Positions 36,001 through 44,920 of a stretch of 64,000 bases of DNA are shown here, piece after piece (the stretch's first letter is position 1; the number at the start of each line of letters is the position of its first letter). The notes below the pieces were generated by a model that was given only the letters and a program-made list of their open reading frames with translations, was not told where the DNA came from and ran no database searches. Source of the DNA: an uncultured virus (IMG/VR IMGVR_UViG_3300020578_000056) (Duplodnaviria > Heunggongvirae > Uroviricota > Caudoviricetes); the IMG/VR virus record IMGVR_UViG_3300020578_000056. One strand, written 5' to 3'. A program made the translations under genes and the position numbers.

Positions 36001-37812
36001 GATCTCTGATGGAATTTGAATTGGGTCATAGTTTAAAGTGCTAAACGTTATTGGGTTTGTGGCGCTTGAGAAAGCAGTTACCACGCTGCCGGTAACAAGA
36101 CCATGGGGAATAGCCTGTCTTTCAGAGTCCAGAAAGTAAAACTCGGCGGGTTTATCCGGAATGGCCGCAAGAAAAGAATAACTTCCCGGGAAATTTGGGG
36201 CTGAGACGGATTCGTAAGATTGACCAGACGATTCGGTCCCTAGAAACTTTGTATAAATAGTCGGTTGAGTTTCGGCAAATCCCGAGACATTTTTTAATAT
36301 TGGAGACGGCGGGGAGTAAGAATAGCCAAGAGGCAACGGGGTAACCTTCTCAATCTCAATATATTTTTCAGCGCCGTAATAAACAGGGCTGGAAGTAGAT
36401 CCCGGAAGAATATTGTAAAAAGCAAGCTGTTGCCCGGCGGCAAAAGAGAGGCCTTGAACCGGGTCTGTAAATTCAGGCCAGCTTACCTTTACCGCAACAA
36501 TTCCCGGAGTTGAGGGTTGCACCAAAGACCAAGAATCAAGATCGAGAGATTGCGCTTGTACATTTGGAAGTGCCGAAGAGTCAAAATAAAAGGGTGAAAA
36601 GCTGTATTGCGGCGGATTTAGGGTAAAGCCGGTAAGAGTTACGGGATTGCTGTTTTCCGGCTCATAAACGAGATCAACGCCAACAACCGGATTGCTCGAG
36701 GTAGGAGTTACAAGATTTTTATGTTTTACAACAGCAACTACTGGAGCGGCAGAATTACGGCCTAAAACGGGTATGGTTTTTGAAGGTCCCGCAGAAGGTC
36801 CTTCCGTAGATACCGTTATATTGCCAGACAGGTTTTCGCCACGAGTTAAAGGATCTAGATAAACGTATACTAAAATCGTTTCTGAAAGGTTTTGACTGGT
36901 TGGCGTAACTAAAGTTGAACCTAAATCAGTGCCATCTGGGGAAAAGGAAACTCTAAAACCGGAAGGAGCTGAAATAGTAAAAGTAGCTGCGGTGCTGTGT
37001 TTTTTAAGAAACAGTCTAAAAGAAGTTGGAGAACAAACCCGGCCAACCACCCCCTCAAGAAAGCCCGGTTTGCCCATTCCCTCGGAGGATTGGCACTCAA
37101 AGTCTCTTCCAGTAAGACAAACAGACCCGGAGGCCAAAAGCTCTTTTGGCAATGCCCCATTTTGGGAATACACCTTCCAGGGGTAAGACTTCAAAGTTCC
37201 ACGATTTCTTGGAGTCCTAATAGACAGAAAAATTCCTTGATTAGGAGAGGTAGGTTTATTTGGGCCAGAAAGAGAAATGGAGGTAGACCAATTAGCTGCG
37301 TCAAGAGATATTTGCCAGTTTGCGGAACAAGTTAAAACTGGGCCTTCAGTTAAAAGGTCATAGTTATTGTAGGTTGCCATAATAGGAGAAAAGGTGTAAT
37401 AACTAAGCTCGGAAGTTCCGGAAGTGGACCCCGAATTAGCTGCACTTTGGTCATAAGAGACTGAAATTGAAGGATTCGTGTTTACACTAATTGAGTAATC
37501 AATTGAAAAGTCTTCAACTAAAAAATTTCCGCTTGGAAGGCTTGACTGGGTAGTGGCTTTTGCCCTTACGCTGACAAGGCCAAGACTAACTGCCGAAGCG
37601 GCCGGGAATGTCAACGGACCCCATACAGTGCCAGAATTGGGGACCCCAAGACAAAACTCAAGCGGGTGCAAAACGCCGCCAAGAACCACATCCGAGGAAA
37701 GAACAGAGCCCTCCGTGCTTACAACAAACGAAGCGTGGTCGCTCGGGTTTCCAGATGCACGGATGAGGTTAAAAACAAGTGGGAAAGTCCCACGGATATG
37801 AAAAAGGCTCAT
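33010..37812 (-). CDS. large YDG/MBG-repeat adhesin-like virion protein
   Basis: RVYDGS, KTYDGT, KVYNG, KVYDGT, KIFDG repeats with downstream NY motifs; ATG 37812 overlaps upstream stop. Confidence 0.85.
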   Translation of the reverse strand: MSLFHIRGTFPLVFNLIRASGNPSDHASFVVSTEGSVLSSDVVLGGVLHPLEFCLGVPNSGTVWGPLTFPAASAVSLGLVSVRAKATTQSSLPSGNFLVEDFSIDYSISVNTNPSISVSYDQSAANSGSTSGTSELSYYTFSPIMATYNNYDLLTEGPVLTCSANWQISLDAANWSTSISLSGPNKPTSPNQGIFLSIRTPRNRGTLKSYPWKVYSQNGALPKELLASGSVCLTGRDFECQSSEGMGKPGFLEGVVGRVCSPTSFRLFLKKHSTAATFTISAPSGFRVSFSPDGTDLGSTLVTPTSQNLSETILVYVYLDPLTRGENLSGNITVSTEGPSAGPSKTIPVLGRNSAAPVVAVVKHKNLVTPTSSNPVVGVDLVYEPENSNPVTLTGFTLNPPQYSFSPFYFDSSALPNVQAQSLDLDSWSLVQPSTPGIVAVKVSWPEFTDPVQGLSFAAGQQLAFYNILPGSTSSPVYYGAEKYIEIEKVTPLPLGYSYSPPSPILKNVSGFAETQPTIYTKFLGTESSGQSYESVSAPNFPGSYSFLAAIPDKPAEFYFLDSERQAIPHGLVTGSVVTAFSSATNPITFSTLNYDPIQIPSEIFVDPNDPQSFNIRKVSDPTQFLKFAFSGDFLISVNQGGSLVSSSSVLGLSDSTIAPPNSGDTIAYAPDYIVQRRAVSVFASSDNIYPATGISTSSFRISGVLSSDSISVSALASTPENFSGYFSLSDNEPISNPNDTFPNLYYGVNSFLSFSGSPQNLSKYLFPERFSSSIAQVYRKALLVTRPELSTASFNVSRVYDGSSWYDYDGTLSVTGVEAGDSVIVDHALSAFDSNPSDEPIETGSSVRNPHHAFPEVLLSGADELSYLPVLSDHQLAYLTITPKELSFSTTDPNLQKTYDGTPEFSGLTLPLVGAVGSDEVFVSSLLASSKDFGSDRSVVSANLNGRQAKNYTLNINTGWSASANISIAKRSLSLSLTASKVYNGLNNPRIPLVSGLVGADTRLRTEPICYGPLAPIYSSSSVGSGIASTSNIAFFGGDSLNYSVSFVGSYDGSDPTGPLGTVVAAPLVLSSTGVTGTKVYNGSTEASQEVQFSLVGAVGTDSPTKADFNFTATLANPNRGLRACQVSLLGFKNTSPYFGNYIVSNPEGGFATGAITITPKLVGGAEAASWLVLDGVSGGTSVIYKNQNPTVSFNVPETPLGTTPTSFLFEFGGVASPEAKIVGSYKVRLLFPGWDESSSTSNYRPDPAENAEYVLLPFSVQPRPLTVTSVTVPPRNYGSTNWPTASLAYVVQNEVPGVTSGVGVVGTYTSGNGVFVPSSQIQISYSATNPNFTVSGPSSIPGVVAPKTVTVLSSVDVSSVTKVYDGTTDIFSIQWAGITPGSSPALGGVLAGDETFVSVDPSSFSTARFLSRNAGPRGVVANFTLAGSRKDNYNLTQPLYEGQIDKKVISFVGLHSNDKIFDGLNTAFIINNGFEYTGIVESDTQVFPKTAPIGVLNAYFTNFNFGTGKQIRLKGLLPPTPNYVIEYLPGTEDELAMPERPGLPYQIYKRTLKIKPKDFSKFFGDLVSQEALNLSPDNFFISGLVPENQNNPINPATG

Positions 37813-40286
37813 GGACAATCAGCTCCTATTTGCTCAACCAGCGGATAGGCATACGCAAGAAACTTGTTCACTTTAACATACCCTTCCCATTTTAAACGGA
37901 ATTGAAACTCATGCCCATTCCGGAAGGGCCTTTTAGTCACAGCATCGCAGGCTTTGTCATCTGGAGGGTCTAATGGAGTTGGGATTCTAACCTGAGTCCG
38001 AAACTGAGGTTGAAGGTCTACGGGGGTTAAACTTGGGACAGAAACGCCCTCGTCTCCCTCAGACGTGTTTACGGGGTAAATAGAAAGCAACGGGTATTTC
38101 GTTAAAGTTGAAACAGTGAACAAATAAGGGCTCCACAAAGTTCCTTCCCCAGTTCGAACAACCCCGCCGCCACCATCAAAAACAAACCCGATTGACTGCA
38201 AGGCGGCCTTGACGGAAAGAACATTATTTGGGTTTGGGTCTGGGGTTTCGGCTGGCATATTAGAAAAAGAAAGAATTCCCGAAACCCGATTGTATTGAGA
38301 ACTCGTTGACCAAGGCCCATAACCAAGCCGAAGATAATTGACGTTAGTAACTGGAACAGAAATAATCTGCTTATAGAATGGATCTCCAGGTGGTTCAGCC
38401 TCTAGTGGGAACACGCTTATATTGGCGTTGATACAGCTTTTGTTGTCAGCGCATTCAAGAAAACCATGCCAGTCGACCCAACAGGGGTATTGATCAGGCC
38501 GATAATGAACTTGAAGTGTGCACCTCCCCTCAAGCTCTTGAATCCAAAGATCAGCTTTTGAAAGTTTTTTAAGTTCAAATTCTGACCGAAAAGGAAAAGA
38601 TTTGGTTTCGACAACCGAGATAATGTTAAGATTATCACCAGAACTAGTCACATCATATTTAAGATCCCGGGTTAATTCCCAAATGGTAGTGATGTTCTCC
38701 GTAAGCTCGGGTTTAAGATCCATTCGAAAAACAAAACACCTAGAATCTCTTCCAGGCCCGTTTGACAAAATTTGAAGAATATCACCGCAAAACCACAGAC
38801 CCTCCCACGAAGCTGTCTTGGTGCTGGCGTTCGGAATCAGGGACGCAAAATCAAATACCGCCATGCCTTGAAAGGTTACCGGTTTTGTTTTTGTGGTGTT
38901 TCTGATTGGCTCAAGTCCTCGGAGATCTTGCCTTGGAGAAGCGGTAACCAAAAGACGATTGTCGAAAAACGCGGAGCTGGTCTTATTTAGGTATAAGGGC
39001 GAATCTTTTTCCATAATCGTTCGTATTTCATTTGAGACTGGAACATAGCCATAGGAATTTAGGCTGTCTTTTCTGGCATTGGCGTAAGAGCGAATCCCAT
39101 CAAAAGCTCTCCAAAACACATCGGAATTAACATTTACAATCGATTTAGTGGAAGAGCATCCAATATCTGGAAAAAGAACTTTTTGAAACCCCGAAAGTTG
39201 TTTCCAAGTTTCCCGATTAGCTGACACCGCAAAGGTACAAGCTCCGTGCTCGCAAAAACAAATGAGGTCACCTTGGCCAGACGTGGTGTCACCTATGGCT
39301 TGAAAAGACAGACCGGTTATTTTGCCAAAAGAAGTAGGAACAGAAAATGATCCGCCTTCGTTTAAAAAGTTTATCTCGGTAAAGCGTAAACAGTCCAAAT
39401 CCCTTCCCGCAGTTATTTTCCTTACAACGCCTCCCCTCCCGCCAACCTTTACTTCTTTAGGAATATCAAAACCTTTGGGGGCATTTACCGGGACTTTGAC
39501 GACATAAGGCGCGCCAATTCCGTCATTATTTATGTCCGGATCGGAGCTATGGCCTTTGATATAAACGCTATCTCCGGTAAAAAAGCCGTGGGGTTCCTGG
39601 GTTGTAATTCTGGCGTTTAGATCTGAGGCTCCACCTTCCGAAGACTCTATTTTTTTCTCTTCTGAAGACCCGCCAAAAACCTTGTCGCCCGCCGCAATTT
39701 GAAAACCATCTTGTAAGGCCACAAAAAGACGACCATGATTGTAAGCCATTTGTCGGCCAATAGGTATGCTCGATAAAAAACCGGGAGAACCGGCTGGTCC
39801 AATTCCAGTTTGATAAAGATTGTTGCCGTCGTAGATCAAGGGGAGGTCAATCCCATTCTGGATCACTAAATATTTTTCGGCTTGGCAAAAATAGTGTTCA
39901 GCTAAAGGGTTATTTTTAAAATCAGAACTTACAAGACCGTCGTCTTGGAGTGGTAACAAACGATTGACAGAATACTGATCTAAAAAAATTACTAAAAAAT
40001 GTCCTCCAGAAACTGCCACAATTCTGTCATGGGAAGCTGTTCTAGTATTAAAATAAAGGGCGGCTCCTTGAAAATAATCATCCAAATAACTAAACCCATC
40101 GTTTAGGCCGTTTTTTAAAAGTAATTGACGAAACCCAGGTCGTGTAGTCGCCTTCCCGCCGCGAAAAGTAACATTCAACCCCAGCGCACAAGAAGAGGCC
40201 GGAAGCGAGCTGGCCGGAATAGCGCTATTCATCCCCCCTTCTAGGTCGATGAAGCCATCAGTCTGGACATTGGGGTCGTTTACCAC
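37809..40286 (-). CDS. tail nozzle / stabilisation protein (tail tubular B / P22 gp10-like)
   Basis: 825-aa beta-rich protein; DGF..L.GGMNS...NVTFRGG...RPG N-terminus; position in tail module. Confidence 0.7.
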   Translation of the reverse strand: MVNDPNVQTDGFIDLEGGMNSAIPASSLPASSCALGLNVTFRGGKATTRPGFRQLLLKNGLNDGFSYLDDYFQGAALYFNTRTASHDRIVAVSGGHFLVIFLDQYSVNRLLPLQDDGLVSSDFKNNPLAEHYFCQAEKYLVIQNGIDLPLIYDGNNLYQTGIGPAGSPGFLSSIPIGRQMAYNHGRLFVALQDGFQIAAGDKVFGGSSEEKKIESSEGGASDLNARITTQEPHGFFTGDSVYIKGHSSDPDINNDGIGAPYVVKVPVNAPKGFDIPKEVKVGGRGGVVRKITAGRDLDCLRFTEINFLNEGGSFSVPTSFGKITGLSFQAIGDTTSGQGDLICFCEHGACTFAVSANRETWKQLSGFQKVLFPDIGCSSTKSIVNVNSDVFWRAFDGIRSYANARKDSLNSYGYVPVSNEIRTIMEKDSPLYLNKTSSAFFDNRLLVTASPRQDLRGLEPIRNTTKTKPVTFQGMAVFDFASLIPNASTKTASWEGLWFCGDILQILSNGPGRDSRCFVFRMDLKPELTENITTIWELTRDLKYDVTSSGDNLNIISVVETKSFPFRSEFELKKLSKADLWIQELEGRCTLQVHYRPDQYPCWVDWHGFLECADNKSCINANISVFPLEAEPPGDPFYKQIISVPVTNVNYLRLGYGPWSTSSQYNRVSGILSFSNMPAETPDPNPNNVLSVKAALQSIGFVFDGGGGVVRTGEGTLWSPYLFTVSTLTKYPLLSIYPVNTSEGDEGVSVPSLTPVDLQPQFRTQVRIPTPLDPPDDKACDAVTKRPFRNGHEFQFRLKWEGYVKVNKFLAYAYPLVEQIGADCP

Positions 40287-40295
40287 AAAAAGATT

Positions 40296-40703
40296 TTACC
40301 CCTTCTTAGGATTTCGCAAGACATCCCAGTTGTCACGCCACTCGCAGTTTGGGGCGAAATAAACAGACATGGTCCGAGGGAGTCTCTCGGCCGGAACTAG
40401 AAAAATAGCGTTTAATTTGGTGTTGTAAAAAATAAAGACATCCACAATTCCCTTTCCGTAAATTTTTTTGGGGTTGTTTTGGTTAAACCCAGTTCCACGC
40501 AAGGCAAAAAATTTTAGCTTATTTCTGCGCTGTTGATCTTCAGTTCCATTGGTAGTCTTTATCTGAACTCGTTTAAGAATACCCTTATAATCCGTAATTA
40601 GATCGTAGCCATTGTCATAAATTGGGTGGCTGACCATAAACCCGTTCTCCATTAAAATTGAAGAAATTTTGGTTACCCCAATGGCTCCAAGTTGGAGGCT
40701 CAC
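40296..40703 (-). CDS. PD-(D/E)XK endonuclease (I-Ssp6803I-like)
   Basis: YDLITD...RVQIKT motif; GTGA overlap with lysin stop. Confidence 0.75.
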   Translation of the reverse strand: MSLQLGAIGVTKISSILMENGFMVSHPIYDNGYDLITDYKGILKRVQIKTTNGTEDQQRRNKLKFFALRGTGFNQNNPKKIYGKGIVDVFIFYNTKLNAIFLVPAERLPRTMSVYFAPNCEWRDNWDVLRNPKKG

Positions 40704-41230
40704 AACCAATCCTTTCCAAGGGCGTTGGTAGCCAAACGGCGTCTGCGGTAGACTCCATCCCCTTCCCGGCTTCCCCCGCCATTAGTGTTGCCCTCAATAG
40801 TCACGAGCCAATCCCCCTCATTCTTTTCCACAAGGCCGACGTGAGCCACCCGACCCATCGAATTGAACCAGATGCCAAAGACATCGGCTGGTTTGAGCGG
40901 GGTTCCCCTCCTTTGACGGTCCCAACTCGGGTTTTTGACAAATACCGGGCTCCAAGCCGAGCGAGGGTAGGGATTGAATAGCGTCGACCCAAAAGCCTTG
41001 TCACCGACCCAGACGATGAATGCCGCACACCACGGCGCTTTGGTGCCTTCAAGCTTTACCGATGCGAGGATCTCGTCCACCAGGGGCCCGTCGTTTCGAC
41101 CGGTGGCCTCCCGGATGCCGAGAGAATTGCGGGCCTGTTCGACGATGAGAAGCCTCTGCGCCTCAACTCTTGGGCCAGCCAGAGAGTGGGAAAGAAACGC
41201 AAGATAAAGCGCAACATAGGCTATTTGCAT
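40700..41230 (-). CDS. CHAP-family endolysin with N-terminal signal or anchor
   Basis: PWCAAF, HVGLV, TIEGNT motifs; hydrophobic N-terminus. Confidence 0.85.
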   Translation of the reverse strand: MQIAYVALYLAFLSHSLAGPRVEAQRLLIVEQARNSLGIREATGRNDGPLVDEILASVKLEGTKAPWCAAFIVWVGDKAFGSTLFNPYPRSAWSPVFVKNPSWDRQRRGTPLKPADVFGIWFNSMGRVAHVGLVEKNEGDWLVTIEGNTNGGGSREGDGVYRRRRLATNALGKDWL

Positions 41231-41562
41231 GAAAGGATTGCGGCGATGAGGAGGATCCCGAAAACAAGGACAAGGGCGTTAATCCGTGTCCGGGGGCAGG
41301 CTTCCTTCCAGTCATCCTTGAGGGTTCCCCTGTCGATGTAGCGATCCAGCAGTTTCCAATCCAACTGGAGGACGCTCCAGGCCAGAAAGGTGCAAAACAA
41401 AAACCGAACCGCCCCAAAAGCCAGCACATGTAGGCTCCCGAGGTCAACAACCCCAGCCGTAGTGTCAAAGCCTTGAAGGATTGGGCCGAGTAAAAAGAAA
41501 ATGATGATAGCGACTGATAGAGCCGCTAAACCTTGCAGATTAGATCTCAGCCATCTAATCAC
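41221..41562 (-). CDS. putative holin (three hydrophobic segments)
   Basis: Start reassigned to GTG 41562 (GTGA overlap); adjacent to lysin. Confidence 0.6.
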   Translation of the reverse strand: MIRWLRSNLQGLAALSVAIIIFFLLGPILQGFDTTAGVVDLGSLHVLAFGAVRFLFCTFLAWSVLQLDWKLLDRYIDRGTLKDDWKEACPRTRINALVLVFGILLIAAILSCK

Positions 41563-41945
41563 CACGGAATCCCCACAAACTTGCGGACAAGCCAGAGGAT
41601 CGGGCCACGGGCGGCGAAGAGAACAGCGACAATCAAAGCTCCTCGCCAGAACCAAAGTTCTTTGAGAGCTTTGCGTTGTTTTTCTTTCCAATACTTAGCC
41701 TGGGTTTCGGCCTCGTTGCGTTCCTTGACGGCTGACTCCAGTTGCTCGGTATTGGTAACACAAAGCTCCTTGGCGGCTTTAAGTTGTTTTTTAGCTTCGT
41801 CCAAGTGCTTGCGAGTGGCGGGGTCGGCGGATTTGTAGGCTTCGTCCAATCGGCTTTCCGCCACGGAAAAATCGGGAGACCCCTTGTATGAGGTCGTCGT
41901 GCATCCTGCCAAAAACAAACAGGCGATGATTAACGGAACGCCCAT
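41559..41945 (-). CDS. putative unimolecular spanin
   Basis: Lipobox FLAG-C, coiled coil, C-terminal TM segment. Confidence 0.6.
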   Translation of the reverse strand: MGVPLIIACLFLAGCTTTSYKGSPDFSVAESRLDEAYKSADPATRKHLDEAKKQLKAAKELCVTNTEQLESAVKERNEAETQAKYWKEKQRKALKELWFWRGALIVAVLFAARGPILWLVRKFVGIPW

Positions 41946-41981
41946 GTCTTATTTTGACAGATTTTTGTTCGAACACAAGCC

Positions 41982-42209
41982 TTAAGCGCTGAACTTTCCG
42001 TAGATCCATGACCAAACTAACGAAAGGCCAAAGCCAACGGCTCCCGCCCAACCAAAGGCAATGTTAAAGTGCTTTTCTACTTGGCGAAGCCGATTGTCGT
42101 GAGCCACAAGATGTTCGTCATGTCTTTTAAGCATGTCGACAACATGGTCGAGCTTTGCGTCAAGAGATGCGAGCTTTACGAGCAGTTCGTTTAGGTCTTT
42201 TTTGGCCAT
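41982..42209 (-). CDS. coiled-coil plus C-terminal TM protein (lysis cassette)
   Basis: 75 aa; hydrophobic C-terminus. Confidence 0.65.
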   Translation of the reverse strand: MAKKDLNELLVKLASLDAKLDHVVDMLKRHDEHLVAHDNRLRQVEKHFNIAFGWAGAVGFGLSLVWSWIYGKFSA

Positions 42210-42444
42210 ATACCTTGTCCAAGCGATCCAACCTTACCCGAAGGCGGTCACGAACGGCTTCTGGGTTTAACCTAAACCCGCAGACCCGATAGAGATCCTC
42301 TGCCAGAGCAAAGAATTCCCTAAAGTGGTCTGGGGTAAAGGCCCACTCGGGCTTGCGCTTTGTCTTACAAGGACTCAGCGCTAACTCGAGGTCAGCTATC
42401 GCCTGTTCGACAATAGCTGCGGTAAGATCAACCCATCCCCTCAC
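42160..42444 (-). CDS. hypothetical protein
   Basis: LTAAIVEQAIADL N-terminus; overlaps both neighbours. Confidence 0.55.
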   Translation of the reverse strand: MRGWVDLTAAIVEQAIADLELALSPCKTKRKPEWAFTPDHFREFFALAEDLYRVCGFRLNPEAVRDRLRVRLDRLDKVYGQKRPKRTARKARIS

Positions 42445-42706
42445 CAGAGGTGTTGATTCCGGACTCTACGGCATTTTCGAAAGTCGTGGCTTCCGTTTTA
42501 GGGGTGGCCACAGCTTCAAGATGCACTTCGTGTCCCTCAACTGCCTCAAGGATCATCTTCCCTTTGCGGTACTGAAACCGAGCGAGAGCTTCAAAGCTCT
42601 GTCCGGGTTCGGTGCCTTCGGGGGGAACAAATCCTGGAGGAACTGGGAATACAACATAGTCCTTGGGGGCTGGTTTCTGATCCTGTGCCAGAACAGTCGC
42701 TTCCAT
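42428..42706 (-). CDS. hypothetical protein downstream of capsid
   Basis: AAGGAG RBS; 92 aa. Confidence 0.7.
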   Translation of the reverse strand: MEATVLAQDQKPAPKDYVVFPVPPGFVPPEGTEPGQSFEALARFQYRKGKMILEAVEGHEVHLEAVATPKTEATTFENAVESGINTSGEGMG

Positions 42707-42729
42707 AAGTTGGCTCCTTAAATTGGCTT

Positions 42730-42756
42730 TCCCCGGAGGGTTTGAACCTCCGGGGA
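42730..42756 (-). terminator. strong hairpin after the capsid gene
   Basis: TCCCCGGAGG-N7-CCTCCGGGGA perfect 10-bp stem; no U-tract on the - strand, so possibly an mRNA stabiliser or partial terminator. Confidence 0.6.
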
Positions 42757-42780
42757 TCGCCGGTTAATTTCTGTTAGCGA

Positions 42781-44034
42781 TTAGGCAACAGCAATATTGG
42801 AGCGCTTGTGGCGGATCACGTAACCGTGATTCGGGAACACCGGCTTGCTGCCAGAGGCGAAGATCGCCCGGAAGAAGCCAACGGTGCCGTCCGGATTGTT
42901 GTCACGGTCAGCAATATTGCGCCAGCTGAACTCACCACGATAGTTCTGAGGGCTGAATTCCATCGCGCCAAAGCCGCCAAGGGGCTTCGGAACAAGCGAT
43001 GTGAACACAGTCGGGCAGAAGATAAGGGTATCTTCATACGCCGCCGTCAGGTAGTCGGGGTTGAGATCGTAGCGAACACCGCGCCGAGTCACGCCACTAG
43101 AAGTCACCTCACCGGTAACCGCAGTCCGAACATAAGGACGAACGCGGACCCAATTCGTGCCGTCATGGTTGTAACGAGGCAGGAACGGATCGATCAGGTG
43201 GAAGAAGTTCTTGTAAGTGCGCTGCACGCCCAAGGGGGCAAGCAGTTCATTTACGCGATCACTCCACCGGAAGTCGTCGCGGATCGAGGAGTTGGCCTTG
43301 ATGATGGCATCGCTGGCTTCGTGCGACATAATCGCAAGAAACACAGGAGCGCCATTCACGCGGCTATAAGCCTCGGCACCGGCTCCGTCACGAATTAGCG
43401 CCAGATAGATCCGATCAAGGATTCCCTGGGTCAACTCTAGGTTGTCGGCAGCAGTGGCAGACGGGGCGGCAAAAGAGCCGTTGGTTTGAACCGTGACGCC
43501 AAACTGGCTGGTGTTATCGACCTTGGCCGTCAGCTTGTTTTCAGCAACGCGGACGTATTCGTCGCGATACCGCTCGATCCAGACTTCACGGGTGGACTCC
43601 GTCAAAATCTGCATGATGTTGGAGAGCTGCTCCTTGCGCTTCAGGGGGAAGCGAAGGTCGTTCAACGAAACATCAGGAGAGTTGAGAGAGGTGTGTTTCA
43701 GACCGTAGGTCCGAAGGGTCTGACCGAACTCAATCGTCCCGCCCAGCGGGGCAATTGCGTTGCCGGAATCAGTCGCAGCGCCGTCGTTGGCCGTGCCGAC
43801 GATGGCGTTGCTGGCCAGATCCGACCAGTTGGTTTTCAGATCGCCGTTAGCCTTGTAAGGCAGGGAACGCTCGTAAACCATCAGGCTTACGGTGTCACCC
43901 ATCTCATCGGGCCAGGTGTCTTGTTTGACGAGTTTGAGCCAGGGGCTCGTGTCGACAGTCTTGCGGTAGATATCCGGGCCGATACGGCCGGACTCTTTAA
44001 CCAGCAGCTGCTCGACTTCATAAGTAGTAGCCAT
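42781..44034 (-). CDS. major capsid protein
   Basis: 417 aa downstream of portal and scaffold; GAAAGGA RBS, dedicated promoter, strongly biased codons, 3' hairpin. Confidence 0.85.
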   Translation of the reverse strand: MATTYEVEQLLVKESGRIGPDIYRKTVDTSPWLKLVKQDTWPDEMGDTVSLMVYERSLPYKANGDLKTNWSDLASNAIVGTANDGAATDSGNAIAPLGGTIEFGQTLRTYGLKHTSLNSPDVSLNDLRFPLKRKEQLSNIMQILTESTREVWIERYRDEYVRVAENKLTAKVDNTSQFGVTVQTNGSFAAPSATAADNLELTQGILDRIYLALIRDGAGAEAYSRVNGAPVFLAIMSHEASDAIIKANSSIRDDFRWSDRVNELLAPLGVQRTYKNFFHLIDPFLPRYNHDGTNWVRVRPYVRTAVTGEVTSSGVTRRGVRYDLNPDYLTAAYEDTLIFCPTVFTSLVPKPLGGFGAMEFSPQNYRGEFSWRNIADRDNNPDGTVGFFRAIFASGSKPVFPNHGYVIRHKRSNIAVA

Positions 44035-44215
44035 TGTTGAAGTATCCTTTCAAAAGTGAGTTTAGAAACTGTAAGCCCGGCGCCAAAAGGTGACGGCAGT
44101 TTCCGTGTTTGTTTCCCTGCCGGCATCGCAGAGCTTTTATTGCCCGAGCCATTTTGTCTTTTGACTAACGCGGTGTCGGCCCGCGGATACGACCATGCCA
44201 AGACTGATGGTTAGC
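44035..44215 (-). ncRNA. candidate structured 5' leader of capsid mRNA
   Basis: About 180-nt non-coding leader with several complementary segments. Confidence 0.4.
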
Positions 44216-44218
44216 CTT

Positions 44219-44245
44219 AGATTAAGACAGTTTGAAGTTTGTCAA
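44219..44245 (-). promoter_or_regulatory. promoter TTGACA-N15-TAATCT
   Basis: Perfect -35 box upstream of the capsid leader. Confidence 0.6.
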
Positions 44246-44316
44246 TACACTTAGGGAAGTCCGATTGCATCACCTGAATACAGCGGTCTTCGCGGCTCAC
44301 GGCTTGCTCGGCGGAT

Positions 44317-44904
44317 TTACGCTATCCTCAGAATTTTGTCTTGCAGATAAAAAACTGTTCCAGAAGGAATTTGAGACGAAGAAACAAGCGAAATTCCACC
44401 CAATATTTCAGTTGGTGATGAGAAGTTAGTCGCCCACGTCAGGTAGCTCGAATCATACGCAAAGCCCAAGGTGTAATTCGAGTCGCTAGGAGTCATCGAG
44501 TAGGGGCCAAGAGGACCAGTACTTGTCATAATATAATAGGAGCCGCTTGGGATTGTGAAGGCCGTATTCCCCTTCTGGGTTATGAACGTATTTCCTGTTG
44601 ACGGAGAGCTTGCATCAAGCGGGATTATCGCAGTAATTGAATCCGAACTCGCCCTAAAATTCGAAAAGGTAAGGCTTCCGTTATTGGCTATAGCTGTTAT
44701 CAATCCTAAGTTGTTCCTATCTCCGTTGTAAGCCACGGCTTGGAGCCTATTTGAAGTGGTTAGCTGTGTTAAAAATCTTGAACCTGTCCCAGTAAGGGTG
44801 GTTGTGAAAAATGCCTGAAAAAGAGTCCCTGTAACGGATGGCGTGATTAGCGCGGATACGGCAACCGACACCGGTGATGCTGGCATTTTCCGATATAATG
44901 GCAT
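44317..44904 (-). CDS. hypothetical Ser/Thr-rich virion protein
   Basis: GAGG RBS; 195 aa, beta-rich. Confidence 0.65.
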   Translation of the reverse strand: MPLYRKMPASPVSVAVSALITPSVTGTLFQAFFTTTLTGTGSRFLTQLTTSNRLQAVAYNGDRNNLGLITAIANNGSLTFSNFRASSDSITAIIPLDASSPSTGNTFITQKGNTAFTIPSGSYYIMTSTGPLGPYSMTPSDSNYTLGFAYDSSYLTWATNFSSPTEILGGISLVSSSQIPSGTVFYLQDKILRIA

Positions 44905-44920
44905 TACTCGTATACCTCTT

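Noticed and set aside
41965..41975. TGTTCGAACA palindrome as a LexA-type box
   Set aside because: No spacer between half-sites and only a single occurrence noticed
42808..44040. Long + strand ORFs antisense to the capsid gene (similar ones opposite portal, terminase and polymerase)
   Set aside because: Shadow ORFs expected from codon bias; no RBS or recognisable motifs
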